A DNA stretch of 64,000 bases from Myxococcota bacterium (lineage in GTDB: Bacteria; Myxococcota_A; UBA9160; UBA4427), in the NCBI GenBank assembly GCA_965250285.1, contig OZ252299.1, positions 2,976,001 through 3,040,000 on the forward strand. Direction: 5' to 3'. Positions 47,901 to 58,073 of this stretch are shown here, in pieces. The notes under the pieces were generated by a model, which had not been told where the DNA came from, searched no databases, and worked only from the letters and a program-made list of their open reading frames with translations. The first letter of the stretch is position 1. Every line of letters starts with the position of its first letter. A program made the position numbers and the translations under genes.

Positions 47901-49235
47901 ATGTCGAGCAGTCCGCTGGGCCAAGAGCCGAGCAGCAAGCCGGGTCGTGAGCCGGACGGGGTGCCCGGCGAGGGGTCGACGGGGGCCCGCGCGCGCGGGC
48001 CCCGGTACGCGAACTACGTGCTGGGCGTCTTCTTTCTCGTCTCGGTCTTCAACTACGTCGACCGCCAGCTGGTCTCGGTGCTGCTGCAGCCGATCAAGGA
48101 CGAGTTCGGGGTCTCGGACGCCTGGATGGGCGCCCTCACCGGGTTCGCTTTCATGATCGTGCACTCGGTCTTCGGCATTCCGCTCGCGCGCTGGGCCGAT
48201 TCGGGCAACCGCAAGTGGATCCTCACCCTCGGCCTCACGGTCTGGAGCGCGTTGACCGCAGCGTCGGGCCTCGCGCGTTCGTTCGGCTTCTTGATGTTCG
48301 CGCGGATGGGTGTCGGCATCGGCGAAGCGGCCGGCACGCCGACCGCCCACTCGATGATCTCCGACTACTTCCCGCTCGAGCGCCGGGCCACCGCGCTCGC
48401 CGTCTACGCGATGGGCGTCTACGTGGGCATCATGTTCGGCTACATCGCCGCGGGTTGGCTCGGGGAGCAGCTCGGCTGGCGTCTCACGTTCATCGTCGTC
48501 GGCCTGCCCGGCCTGCTGATCGCGCTGCTGCTCTACTTCACCGTCGACGAGCCCGCGCGCACCACCTCCGTCGAGTCGCACCCCCTCGGCGAGGTCATGC
48601 GATACCTCTTCGCGAAGCCGGCCTACGTGATCCTGCTCGTCGCCGCGTCGTTCCACGCCGCCGCGGCCTACTGCATCGCGCTCTGGGCCCCGACGTTTCT
48701 GCTGCGCGTGCACGGCATGACGCTCACCGAGATGGGCCTTTCGCTCGGCCTGCTCACCGGCGTCGCGGGGGCTGCCGGCTCGCTCGCGGGCGGCGTGGTG
48801 TCGGATCGTCTCGCCCGAGCGACCAAGGCGGCGTACGGCTGGACCACCGCGTTCGCGGCCTTCGCCGCCCTCCCCTTCGCCATCGGGTTCGTCTCGAGCG
48901 AGCGTACGTGGGTGGCGCTCGCCTGGTTCGCTCCGATGACGTTCCTCACGGGTCTCTACATCGGGCCGCTGTATGCGATGAACCAGGGCCTGGCCCGCCC
49001 GCGCATGCGCGCAATGGCCGTCGCGATCCACCTCTTCGTCGTGAGCATCCTGGGCGGTGGGGTCGGGCCGTGGGCAGTGGGCTTGATGAACGACGCGTTC
49101 CAGGCCGAGTACGGTGACGCCGGCATTCGACAGTCGCTGATCTGGGTGCAGTCGATCGGACTGGTCGCCGCCGGCACCTGCTACCTGCTCGCTTCGCGCA
49201 CACTCGCGCGGGACATGGAGGGGACCGAGACGTAG
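47901..49235 (+). CDS. Spinster-like MFS transporter
   Basis: NYVDRQ, ARMGVGIGEA, SMISDYFP..RATAL. Confidence 0.9.
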   Translation: MSSSPLGQEPSSKPGREPDGVPGEGSTGARARGPRYANYVLGVFFLVSVFNYVDRQLVSVLLQPIKDEFGVSDAWMGALTGFAFMIVHSVFGIPLARWADSGNRKWILTLGLTVWSALTAASGLARSFGFLMFARMGVGIGEAAGTPTAHSMISDYFPLERRATALAVYAMGVYVGIMFGYIAAGWLGEQLGWRLTFIVVGLPGLLIALLLYFTVDEPARTTSVESHPLGEVMRYLFAKPAYVILLVAASFHAAAAYCIALWAPTFLLRVHGMTLTEMGLSLGLLTGVAGAAGSLAGGVVSDRLARATKAAYGWTTAFAAFAALPFAIGFVSSERTWVALAWFAPMTFLTGLYIGPLYAMNQGLARPRMRAMAVAIHLFVVSILGGGVGPWAVGLMNDAFQAEYGDAGIRQSLIWVQSIGLVAAGTCYLLASRTLARDMEGTET

Positions 49236-49401
49236 CCGAGAGCTCGCCGCCCGCTCGCTCGAAGACGATCTGCGCAACGACGGAGCGAAGCCGGCCTCGG
49301 CCCGCGCTCCAGCGCAAGCCATGCGCGCCCACGCCGCAGATCGCCGGCAACATCGGCCGCCGGTCTTCAGCCCAGGCTGCCGGCGACCCGATACACCCTA
49401 C

Positions 49402-49896
49402 ATGTTCGAGTGGATGGTCTTCCTGCCGTTTGCGATCTCGATCGTGTTCTTCGCGATCATGGTCCGGCGTGTCCACGGCATCACGGCGTTGATGCGAAAC
49501 CCCGAGCAGTTCGGGCACCAGCTGAACAGCCTGGTCGAGACCGCGCTGCGCGAATCGGGCTTCGACCCGTCGTCGATCCCCGCCGACCAGCTGCACGAGA
49601 TCGACCGACTGCCCGCCGACGCTCGCGAAGCGGTGCGGGCGCGCCTGCTGCAGGCCGTGCTGCGCGGTGAGCTCGACCTCGCGCACACCGACGTGCACAC
49701 GCACGGCGCGAGCGGCCAGTCGCAGAGTTCGATGGGGATGGGGATGGGCGCCCCGACCGGGCTCGGGGGTGGCTTCGAGAACCGGCCGCCGCCCATCGAT
49801 CGAGGGCGACGCGGCGGCAGCGCCTGGGTCGCGCTCGCGATCGTGCTGATCACCGGCCTCGTCGCCGCGCTCTGGGTGACCGGCCAACCGCTCTAG
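49402..49896 (+). CDS. Hypothetical membrane protein
   Basis: One hydrophobic segment at each end; coding-like GC3. Confidence 0.55.
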   Translation: MFEWMVFLPFAISIVFFAIMVRRVHGITALMRNPEQFGHQLNSLVETALRESGFDPSSIPADQLHEIDRLPADAREAVRARLLQAVLRGELDLAHTDVHTHGASGQSQSSMGMGMGAPTGLGGGFENRPPPIDRGRRGGSAWVALAIVLITGLVAALWVTGQPL

Positions 49897-49979
49897 CCGC
49901 CCGAGACGTGGCGCATCGGCCATGCCCCCGACTCGGCCCCGGCATGCGGCGCCTGCGAATCCGCCCTGCGACGTGTCCT

Positions 49980-51194
49980 TCAGCCCTTGGGCGCGTTCTC
50001 GGCCAGCGCCTCTTCCCATGTGATGCCTTCGGCGAGTCGCCGGCGCATCGCGAGCAGCGGGCGCGGACGCTTGAAGCCGACTGCTCCGTGCAGCTCACCG
50101 CCGCTGCCGAACAGGCAGAGGCACCGCCCCTCCTCGAGCGAGCCATGGGTCACCACCATCTCGTCGCCCTCGTGCACCTCACCGGCGATGGCGATGCGCA
50201 GCTCGAACTGATCCGTCCACACGTAGGGCACCGGCGCGAAGGGCTCGGCCTCACCGCGCACGATGCGCTGGGCAAGGGTCGCCGACTGCTCGACGGCGTT
50301 CGTCCAGTGCTCCATCCGCCTCGGCTCGGGCAGCTTCGGGTTCGCCCAGCGCGAAGCGTCGCCGACGGCGAAGACGCCGTCGAGCGTCGTCGCGCCCGTC
50401 GCGTCACAGAGCACGCCGTTCGTGACGTCGAGCCCGGTGCCGTCGAGCCAGTCGGTGTTCGGCACGACGCCGATCCCGACGACCACGACGTCGCACTCGA
50501 TCTTCGAGCCATCGGCGAGCTCGACGCCCGTGACGCGGCCTTCCCCCGTGAAGCCGCTCACGCCGACGCCGCAGCGAAGGTCGACGCCATGCGAGCGGTG
50601 CACGCCGGCGACGTATTCGCCGAGCTCGGGGCCGAGCCCGCGAACGAGGGGCGTCGGCAGCGGCTCGACGACCGTCACGTCGTGGCCCCGCTCGCGACAC
50701 GTCGCGGCGACCTCCATGCCGATGAAGCCGGCACCGACGACCAGCACGCGGGCGCCGTCGACCAGATCGGCCTGGAGCGCCTTCGCGTCGGCGAGGCTTC
50801 GCAGCACGTGCACGCCGCCCAGCCCTTCGCCGAACGGCAGATGGCGCGCACGCGTGCCGGTGGCGATGATGAGGGCGTCGTAGTCGAGCGCATCGCCGCC
50901 TTCGAGCGTGATCCGCTTCGCGTCGGCGTCGAGCGCCGTGGCCCGCGTGCCGAGTCGCCATTCGACGCGCAGATCTTCGGTGCCGGCGCGCATGAGGGTG
51001 ATCTTCTCTTCGTCCCAGGCGCCGCGAAGAAACTGCTTCGAGAGCGGCGGCCGGTCATAGGGCGGGACCGCCTCGTCGCCGACGGCGACGATCTCGCCTG
51101 TGAAGCCTTCGCTGCGCAGCGCTTCGATCGTGCGGAGACCCGCGAGGCTCGCGCCGACCACGACGACGCGGGCCTTCTCGTTCAGGGGGGACAT
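49980..51194 (-). CDS. FAD-dependent ferredoxin reductase
   Basis: VGASLAG, PYDRPPLSK, VGAGFIGME, AVGD, EHWTNA, WTDQF. Confidence 0.92.
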   Translation of the reverse strand: MSPLNEKARVVVVGASLAGLRTIEALRSEGFTGEIVAVGDEAVPPYDRPPLSKQFLRGAWDEEKITLMRAGTEDLRVEWRLGTRATALDADAKRITLEGGDALDYDALIIATGTRARHLPFGEGLGGVHVLRSLADAKALQADLVDGARVLVVGAGFIGMEVAATCRERGHDVTVVEPLPTPLVRGLGPELGEYVAGVHRSHGVDLRCGVGVSGFTGEGRVTGVELADGSKIECDVVVVGIGVVPNTDWLDGTGLDVTNGVLCDATGATTLDGVFAVGDASRWANPKLPEPRRMEHWTNAVEQSATLAQRIVRGEAEPFAPVPYVWTDQFELRIAIAGEVHEGDEMVVTHGSLEEGRCLCLFGSGGELHGAVGFKRPRPLLAMRRRLAEGITWEEALAENAPKG

Positions 51195-51276
51195 TCGGGC
51201 ATTTCCTTTCTGACGCAGGCACTTCGACCTGCGCGTCGAGCAGGGCCGGACGCGCGAGCCGCGCAATCATAGGCCG

Positions 51277-51291
51277 TGGCATTTACCTTGC
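51277..51291 (+). promoter_or_regulatory. Possible sigma-54 (-24/-12) promoter for the P450 unit
   Basis: TGGCATTTACCTTGC with exact GG-N10-GC spacing. Confidence 0.4.
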
Positions 51292-51368
51292 GCTTGCAAT
51301 GTATCTGAGTGATGGTCCGTCGCGATCGCGCGCGCCCGCCCGGGCACCGCCCCGCCCTCGGAGTGGAC

Positions 51369-52550
51369 ATGACCGTCGAGCTGAATCCGTACAGCTGGGA
51401 CTTCCACGAAGATCCGTTCTCGATCTACAAGCAGCTGCGCGACGAAGCGCCGGTCTATCGAAACGACACGCTCGGCTTCTGGGCGCTGACGCGTCACGCC
51501 GACGTACTCGACGCGTTTCGCAAGCCGATGCTGTTCTCGAACGCGCGGGGCGTCGCACTCGAGGCGATGAGCGAGGACGCGCATCACGTCATGTCGATGC
51601 TCGGCATGGATCCGCCGATGCACGGCAAGATCCGCGGCCTCGTGTCGAAGGTGTTCACGCCGCGCCGCGTACGCGATCTCGAGCCTTCGATTCGCGCGCG
51701 CACCGTCGAACTGATCGACGCCTTCGTCGAGCGCGGCGAGGTCGAGTTCATCGACGAGTTCGCAGGCATCCTGCCGATGGACGTGATCAGCGAGATCATC
51801 GGTGTGCCTCCGGCCGATCGGCAGCACATCCGCCGCCTGGCCGATCTGGTCGTGCATCGCGCAGAAGGCAAGCCCGACGTGCCGCCCGAGGGCGCGCGCG
51901 CTTCGGCCGAGATGCTCGAGTACTTTCGGCGCGACGTCGCCGAGCGTCGCGCCCAGGGCGCCGATGAGAACCTGGTCGACGGCCTGCTGCGCGCCGAGGT
52001 CGACGGCGAACGCCTCACCGATGGTCAGATCGTCGCCTTTCTCTTCTTGATGTCGGTGGCGGGCAACGAGACGACCACGAAGCTGCTCGGCAACGCGCTC
52101 GTGTGCCTGCAGCGAAACCCGAGCGAGCGCGAAAAGGTCGAGCGCGACCCGGGCGAGATCGTGAACTGGGTCGAAGAGACGCTGCGCTACGAAGCTTCTT
52201 CGCAGATCCTCTATCGCTCGATGAGCGAGGACGTCGAGCTGCAGGGGCAGCAGCTGAAGAAGCACGACCCCGTCGCCCTCGTCATTGGATCGGCGAATCG
52301 AGACGAACGCGTCTTCGAAGACGCCGACCGGTTCGACCTGTCGCGCAGCTTCAAGCAGAGCCTGGCCTTCGGTCAGGGAACGCACTTCTGCCTGGGCGCC
52401 TCGATGGCGCGGCTCGAGGGGCGCGTCGCGCTCGAAGAAGTGCAGAAGCGGCTTCGCGACTGGCACGTTGACGAGAGCGGGCTCGTACGGATCCACTCGG
52501 GCAACGTGCGCGGCTTTGCGCACGTGCCGCTGCGATTCACCCCGGCCTAG
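51369..52550 (+). CDS. Cytochrome P450, CYP123-like
   Basis: AGNETTTKLL, EETLR, FGQGTHFCLG. Confidence 0.92.
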   Translation: MTVELNPYSWDFHEDPFSIYKQLRDEAPVYRNDTLGFWALTRHADVLDAFRKPMLFSNARGVALEAMSEDAHHVMSMLGMDPPMHGKIRGLVSKVFTPRRVRDLEPSIRARTVELIDAFVERGEVEFIDEFAGILPMDVISEIIGVPPADRQHIRRLADLVVHRAEGKPDVPPEGARASAEMLEYFRRDVAERRAQGADENLVDGLLRAEVDGERLTDGQIVAFLFLMSVAGNETTTKLLGNALVCLQRNPSEREKVERDPGEIVNWVEETLRYEASSQILYRSMSEDVELQGQQLKKHDPVALVIGSANRDERVFEDADRFDLSRSFKQSLAFGQGTHFCLGASMARLEGRVALEEVQKRLRDWHVDESGLVRIHSGNVRGFAHVPLRFTPA

Positions 52551-52629
52551 GCGCTCGCGTCGGCCAGCCCACCCGCTACTCTCGCGGCCCGCGCGCAGCA
52601 CTGCGCTCGCCCTCGCACCCGGAGTCCCC

Positions 52630-53418
52630 ATGTCGTACGAGACCCTCCTCTTCGAGCAGAAGGACGGCGTCGTCCACCTGAAGCTGAACCGACCCAAGGC
52701 CGCCAACGCGCTGAACCTGCAGATGGGCAAGGACCTGATGCACGCGTCGATCGCGATCGACGAAGACCCTTCGGTGCGCGCGGTCGTGATCGGGGCCGAG
52801 GGCAAGATGTTCTGCGCGGGCGGCGACCTCGCCTACTTCGCCGAAGCGGGCGACGGCATCGGAGCCTTGCTGAAGGAGCTCACGACCTATCTGCACGCAG
52901 CGATCTCGCGCTTCGCCCGCATGCGGGCACCGGTGATCGCCGCGGTGAACGGCACCGCGGCCGGCGCCGGCTTCAGCATGATGTGCGCGACCGACCTCGC
53001 CATCGCCGCCGAGTCGGCCAAGTTCTCGATGGCGTACACGGGCGTCGGCCTGTCCCCCGACGGCTCGTCGAGCTACTACCTGCCGCGCCTGATCGGCACA
53101 CGACGTACGCTCGAGCTGATGATCACGAATCGACGCCTCACCGCGGCCGAGGCGCTCGACTGGGGCCTCGTCAACCAGGTGGTCGCCGACGACGCCGTCG
53201 AATCGACGGCGCTCGAGCTCGCGAGCCAGCTGGCCGCCGGACCGACGGCCTCGTACGACACGGTCAAGAAGCTCGTACTCGCTTCGGCGAGCGAGACCCT
53301 CGAGTCGCAGATGGAGCTCGAGACTCGGGGCATCGCCGGCGCGACCCATACCGCCGACGGCAAGGAGGGCATCCGCGCCTTCCTCGCCAAGGAGAAGCCG
53401 GCCTTCCAGGGTGAGTAG
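52630..53418 (+). CDS. Enoyl-CoA hydratase/isomerase (PaaG-like)
   Basis: FCAGGDL, AVNGTAAGAG, GLSPDG. Confidence 0.9.
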   Translation: MSYETLLFEQKDGVVHLKLNRPKAANALNLQMGKDLMHASIAIDEDPSVRAVVIGAEGKMFCAGGDLAYFAEAGDGIGALLKELTTYLHAAISRFARMRAPVIAAVNGTAAGAGFSMMCATDLAIAAESAKFSMAYTGVGLSPDGSSSYYLPRLIGTRRTLELMITNRRLTAAEALDWGLVNQVVADDAVESTALELASQLAAGPTASYDTVKKLVLASASETLESQMELETRGIAGATHTADGKEGIRAFLAKEKPAFQGE

Positions 53419-53445
53419 GCCGAAGCGACTCGGCGGGGTCGCGTC

Positions 53446-54690
53446 TTGAGCGACGCAGCGCGCGAACCCGAGTCGCCCGCAAGCGCGGGCGGCGGCGTTC
53501 GCGCGACTTTTCGCGTGCCCGGATTCGCGGCGCTGTGGGGCTCGAATCTGATCCACTCGAGCGCCTGGTTCGCGCAGCTGCTCGTTCTGCAGTGGCTCGT
53601 CACGAGCCTCACCGAGTCACGCACGCTGCTCGGCCTGGTGGGCTTCGCCCAGGGCGTCGCGATGTTCGTGGTCGCGCCCGCTGCGGGCGTCGCCGCCGAC
53701 CGCTGGCCGGGCCGCGAGCTGCTGATCCTCACGCGCTTCGCGCTCGCCACTGCGGTGGGCGGGATCGCGTGGTTGATCGCGGCCGATCTGATCGCCGTCT
53801 GGCAGCTCGTCGCCGGCGCGGCCGTGTTCGGTGTCCTCGCCTCGCTCATGCAGCCCGCGAGTCAGACCCTCGTCTTCGACCTCGTGCCGCGCGCGCTCTC
53901 GGAGCGCGCGATTTCGCTCAACGCGGCGGCGAGCGGCGTCGCGCAGACCGTTGGTCCGCTGGTCGCAGGCGCCCTGCTCGCACGCTCGGGCTACCTCGGA
54001 TCGGAGCTGCGCATCGCCGCCGCCCTGCTCGTCGGCGCGACGCTGCTCTTCGCAATCCCGAGTGCACGGGTGCAGCACACGCCCTCGCACGCCCATTGGC
54101 TCGAGGATCTGAGAGAGGGGCTGCACTTCGCCGTGACGCATCCACCGGTGCGCTGGGTCCTGCTCGCGTGCTCGATGTCGTTCTTCAATGGCGGTTTGCA
54201 GTCGATGCGACCGGTCTTTGCACGACACGTCCTCGGCGTCGGGGCCGAAGGCTACGGGCTACTGGCCGGCGCAGCCGGCGCCGGCGGCATCCTCGCGGCC
54301 ATCGTCCTCGCGGCGCGCGTCCGGCTGCGCACGCCGGGGCTCTGGATCATCGGGACGATGTGGGCGTTCGCCGCGATCCTCGTGCTGTACTCGCTGGCTT
54401 TCTCGTTCAGCTACCTCATGGTGCTCGAGTTCGTCTCCGGCATCGTCGGACAGATCTGGATGGTGTCGACGTTCACCGGCGTGCAGATGGGCGTGCCCGA
54501 GCAGATGCGCGGGCGGATCATGTCGCTGGTGTTCATGTTGGTCATGGTCGCGCCCGTGGGGAATCTCGTCGTCGGTGCGCTGGCCGATGCGATCGGCGAC
54601 CGCCCGGCGCTCGCCGTCTTCGGCGCCGTCCCGTTCGTCTTGCTCGGTGTGTTGTGGACGTTCACCCGTGAAGACCTGCGCGCGCTGTGA
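53446..54690 (+). CDS. MFS transporter
   Basis: About 12 hydrophobic segments, GVAADR, DLREGL, MRGRIMS. Confidence 0.85.
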   Translation: MSDAAREPESPASAGGGVRATFRVPGFAALWGSNLIHSSAWFAQLLVLQWLVTSLTESRTLLGLVGFAQGVAMFVVAPAAGVAADRWPGRELLILTRFALATAVGGIAWLIAADLIAVWQLVAGAAVFGVLASLMQPASQTLVFDLVPRALSERAISLNAAASGVAQTVGPLVAGALLARSGYLGSELRIAAALLVGATLLFAIPSARVQHTPSHAHWLEDLREGLHFAVTHPPVRWVLLACSMSFFNGGLQSMRPVFARHVLGVGAEGYGLLAGAAGAGGILAAIVLAARVRLRTPGLWIIGTMWAFAAILVLYSLAFSFSYLMVLEFVSGIVGQIWMVSTFTGVQMGVPEQMRGRIMSLVFMLVMVAPVGNLVVGALADAIGDRPALAVFGAVPFVLLGVLWTFTREDLRAL

Positions 54691-54794
54691 ACGCGCTCCT
54701 GAGCGGTGCAACCACACGCGACCCCGGGGCGCGCGCGGGCTAGAGTCGCGATCCCTTGACCGGCGTGCGCCCGGCCCGAAGAGAGGATCCCACG

Positions 54795-55670
54795 ATGAAG
54801 TTCTGGCAGTCCACCGCGTTCACCGACCCGACCGAGCTCCCCGCGATTGCGAAGGGCGCCGAAGAGGCCGGCTTCGACGGCATCCTGGTGAGCGAGCACC
54901 TCTTCGTCCCGGCCGAGTTCAAGGCGGCCTACCCGTACAACGAGTCGGGCGTGCCCGACTTCAACACCGAGACGCCCTTCCCCGATCCGTGGGTCGCCAT
55001 CACCGCCATGGCCGCGGTCACCGAGAAGGTGCGCTTCACGACGATGGTGAACATCACGCCCCTGCATCACCCGCTCGAGCTGGCGAAGACCGTCGGCAGC
55101 ACGGCGATCTTCTCGAACGACCGCGTGATCCTGGGGGCTGGCGCCGGCTGGATGCGCGAAGAGTTCGACGTGCTCGGCGTGCCCTTCGAGAAGCGCGGCA
55201 AGCGCTTCAACGAGATGTTCGAGGTGATGCGCAAGGTCTGGGGCGGCGGCGTGGTCGAGCACAAGGGCGAGTTCTTCGAGTTCGCTCCGCTCGCGCAATC
55301 GCCCGCCCCGAGCAAGCCCGTGCCGATCTACGTGGGCGGCGCGAGCAAGGCGGCCCTCAAGCGCGCGGCCACGCTCGGCGACGGCTGGCTCGGCGCCGGC
55401 AACATGCCCGAAGACGCGGCCGAGCTGCTGAAGCAGCTCCGCACCCTGCGCGAGGAGGCCGGCCGCGCCGACGAGCCCTTCGAGACCGTGGTGCCGCTGG
55501 CGGTGCCGCCCGATCCCCAGGTGCTCGGCGACCTCTCGAAGCTCGGCGCCGACGGGACGGTGAACTACCCGTTCCTCTACACGTGCGGCCCCGACGCGAG
55601 CCTGCAGCAGAAGCTCGACATGATGGGTCAGTACGGCGAGGGCGTGATCCAGAACATGAAGGATCTCTAG
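54795..55670 (+). CDS. LLM-class oxidoreductase, probably F420-dependent
   Basis: AEEAGFD..SEH, DPWVAI, GAGWMREEF, VPIYVGG. Confidence 0.88.
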   Translation: MKFWQSTAFTDPTELPAIAKGAEEAGFDGILVSEHLFVPAEFKAAYPYNESGVPDFNTETPFPDPWVAITAMAAVTEKVRFTTMVNITPLHHPLELAKTVGSTAIFSNDRVILGAGAGWMREEFDVLGVPFEKRGKRFNEMFEVMRKVWGGGVVEHKGEFFEFAPLAQSPAPSKPVPIYVGGASKAALKRAATLGDGWLGAGNMPEDAAELLKQLRTLREEAGRADEPFETVVPLAVPPDPQVLGDLSKLGADGTVNYPFLYTCGPDASLQQKLDMMGQYGEGVIQNMKDL

Positions 55671-55691
55671 CCCCCACCGCTGGGGCCCGAC

Positions 55692-58073
55692 CTACTCGAC
55701 GACGATCTCCTGCGAGATGCGATCGGTCACGCCTTCGGACGTCGTGATCGTCAGGAAGATCGTGTAGGTATCGGGGGCGGTGAACTCGATGCCCGAGGGA
55801 TTGGCAAGGTTCGACGTCGCGAGGCCGCCGAAGCTCCATGAGTAGTCGGTGATCGTCTCGTCGGCGTCGACCGTCGACGTATCGATGAAGTCGAGTGTCA
55901 CCGGCGCCGTGAACGGCCCATCCCCCTGCACGATCGAGAAGCCCGCCACCACGGGGTCGAGCACTTCGATGTCGGCCGACGTCGTCGCGGCCGAATCGGA
56001 TCGCGTGGCTTCGAGTTCGACGGTGTAGACCCCGCGCGCCCCGTACGTCACCGTCGGACTGAACTCGGACGAGCCCGTCGCCTCGGGCCGAGGCGTCGTG
56101 CCGTGGGAGCCGAAATCCCAGCGCCAGCTCGACTCGGAAAGACACACCGTATCGACTTCGATGCAGGTCGTGTTCGTGAGCTGGATCGGCTCACCGGCGC
56201 GGAACGGCCCGTCGCCCAGCTCGAAGGTCGGCACGATGTCGGAGCCGGGCGACACGAACCGCACGTTGTCGACGTAGACGATCGGGCTCGCGAGATCGTC
56301 GAAGTCGTTCGTCGTGCGGATCGTGAGGGTCAGCGGCGTATCGAGGTCATGGCCCGGGAACGCGTCGGCGATGTTCAAGCTGGCCGTGCGGCTCGGGGTG
56401 CCACGCACCATGCCGCCGTCGCGCGCGGGCTGGCTCGCCGACTCGCCCTCGTAGGGGCTGTCTGGATCGGCGAGCGAGCCGGCCACGTCGACCTCGGTGA
56501 CGCCATTGCTCACCGTCGCGATGACGGCGTCGAGCTTCGGCGAAGCCGGCGGCTCGGCGTAGAGGAAGGCGTAGTCGAACTGGAGCACGGTCTGCACCGG
56601 CGGCACCAGGAATGACTGCCTCAGGCCATTCTCGACGCTGCGCACGTCGGCCGAGCCGTCTGTGCCGAGCCCCTCGATCTGAGCCCACTGCGAACCATCG
56701 CTCGGCATCCCGAACTCGGCCCCGATCGAGTCACTCGGGCGCGCGAGGTGCTCGGCCGAAACGGTGGGCGCCGCGGGCCGCAGCGACTGCCAGGGCGCGC
56801 CGATCGGGTCACCGAGCGTCTGGGTTTCGAAGCTGGGATCGCCGATGTAGACGCGGACGAAGCCGTTGCGCGTGGTGTCCTCGGTGGTCCATTCGGTTTG
56901 CTCTGCATCCACCCAGCCCGTGACATCCAGCGACACGTCGTAGATGCCGGTCTCGGTGTACAAATAGGTCGGGTTCGGCGAACCGCACACGGGCAGATCG
57001 GGCGCGTCGTGATCATCCGGCGCGCCGTCGACATGCACGCAGCGCTGCCCGTCCCCGAAGCTCCAAACCCACTGATAGATCACGCCCGAGCTGCGATCTT
57101 CGAAGTTTGCGAGCAGCGGCCCCGATCCGTTGACCTCGTCGGTGTCGGGCACGGCACCGAGATCGGCGACGGGCGGGCCGAACGTCGTGTCGAACGACGA
57201 CGTCGAGCCGCCGGCTTTGTCGGTCGGTCCGGTTCCGGTCAAACCGGTGATCCGGATCTGCTGCTCACCGATGTCGGTGAACGTGTACTCGACCGACGCG
57301 ACCGAGCCGACCACCTGGCCATCGACCTGCCAGCTGAAGATCCGCATGGCACCCGAGTCGTCGACCGCGTTGAGCGTGGCGGTGAAGGGAACCGACGTGT
57401 CTGTCCCCACCTCCTCCGGGTCGGGCGTGATCACGATCTTGATCTCCCGGATCTCCATCGACTGCTCGCTGATGGTCGAGCCCGCAGCCGTCGAGGCCGT
57501 CAGCCGGATGGTGTACGTACCTGCGGCCTCGTACCGATGGGTCACGTCCTGAGTCGTATAGGTCGTGCCATCGCCGAAATCCCAGAGCCACTCGGTGGTG
57601 TCGTTGGTCGACCCGTCGGTACAGACGACCTCGAAGCCACCACTATCGAGATAGGCGAGGCCATCTTCGGGCGTGCACGAGAACGCCGCGGTGGGTGCAT
57701 CCCCGATCGTGACGAGACCGGCCTTCTCGACCGAGCTCGTTCCCTGCGGCCCCGTCACCCGCAGGCGCACCGTGTAGACCCCAGCCCCGGCGAAAGTCAC
57801 GAGCGGATTCTGCTCGGTGCTCACGCCGGCTGCGCCGAAATCCCACGACCACGCGGTCACGCCTCCACCCGAGGTGTCGGTGAACTGAATCGCGGTGCCC
57901 GGCGCGCCCTGCGTGGCGCTCTCGGAGAACCCCGCCACCGGCGGGCCGCCTTCCCCCGACTCATCGGTGGTGCAGGCCATCTGAGGCGTGGCCAGCGCAA
58001 CGAGGCACGCCGCCGCCACCATGTTGCGCAGCCAGGGCACGCAGGCCCCCCGTGTCATCCAACGCCCCATCAT
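55692..58073 (-). CDS. Multi-PKD-domain surface protein, possible lipoprotein
   Basis: Repeated FTDTS..WSWDFG..NP..Y.V.L units; hydrophobic leader ending MA-C. Confidence 0.82.
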   Translation of the reverse strand: MMGRWMTRGACVPWLRNMVAAACLVALATPQMACTTDESGEGGPPVAGFSESATQGAPGTAIQFTDTSGGGVTAWSWDFGAAGVSTEQNPLVTFAGAGVYTVRLRVTGPQGTSSVEKAGLVTIGDAPTAAFSCTPEDGLAYLDSGGFEVVCTDGSTNDTTEWLWDFGDGTTYTTQDVTHRYEAAGTYTIRLTASTAAGSTISEQSMEIREIKIVITPDPEEVGTDTSVPFTATLNAVDDSGAMRIFSWQVDGQVVGSVASVEYTFTDIGEQQIRITGLTGTGPTDKAGGSTSSFDTTFGPPVADLGAVPDTDEVNGSGPLLANFEDRSSGVIYQWVWSFGDGQRCVHVDGAPDDHDAPDLPVCGSPNPTYLYTETGIYDVSLDVTGWVDAEQTEWTTEDTTRNGFVRVYIGDPSFETQTLGDPIGAPWQSLRPAAPTVSAEHLARPSDSIGAEFGMPSDGSQWAQIEGLGTDGSADVRSVENGLRQSFLVPPVQTVLQFDYAFLYAEPPASPKLDAVIATVSNGVTEVDVAGSLADPDSPYEGESASQPARDGGMVRGTPSRTASLNIADAFPGHDLDTPLTLTIRTTNDFDDLASPIVYVDNVRFVSPGSDIVPTFELGDGPFRAGEPIQLTNTTCIEVDTVCLSESSWRWDFGSHGTTPRPEATGSSEFSPTVTYGARGVYTVELEATRSDSAATTSADIEVLDPVVAGFSIVQGDGPFTAPVTLDFIDTSTVDADETITDYSWSFGGLATSNLANPSGIEFTAPDTYTIFLTITTSEGVTDRISQEIVVE

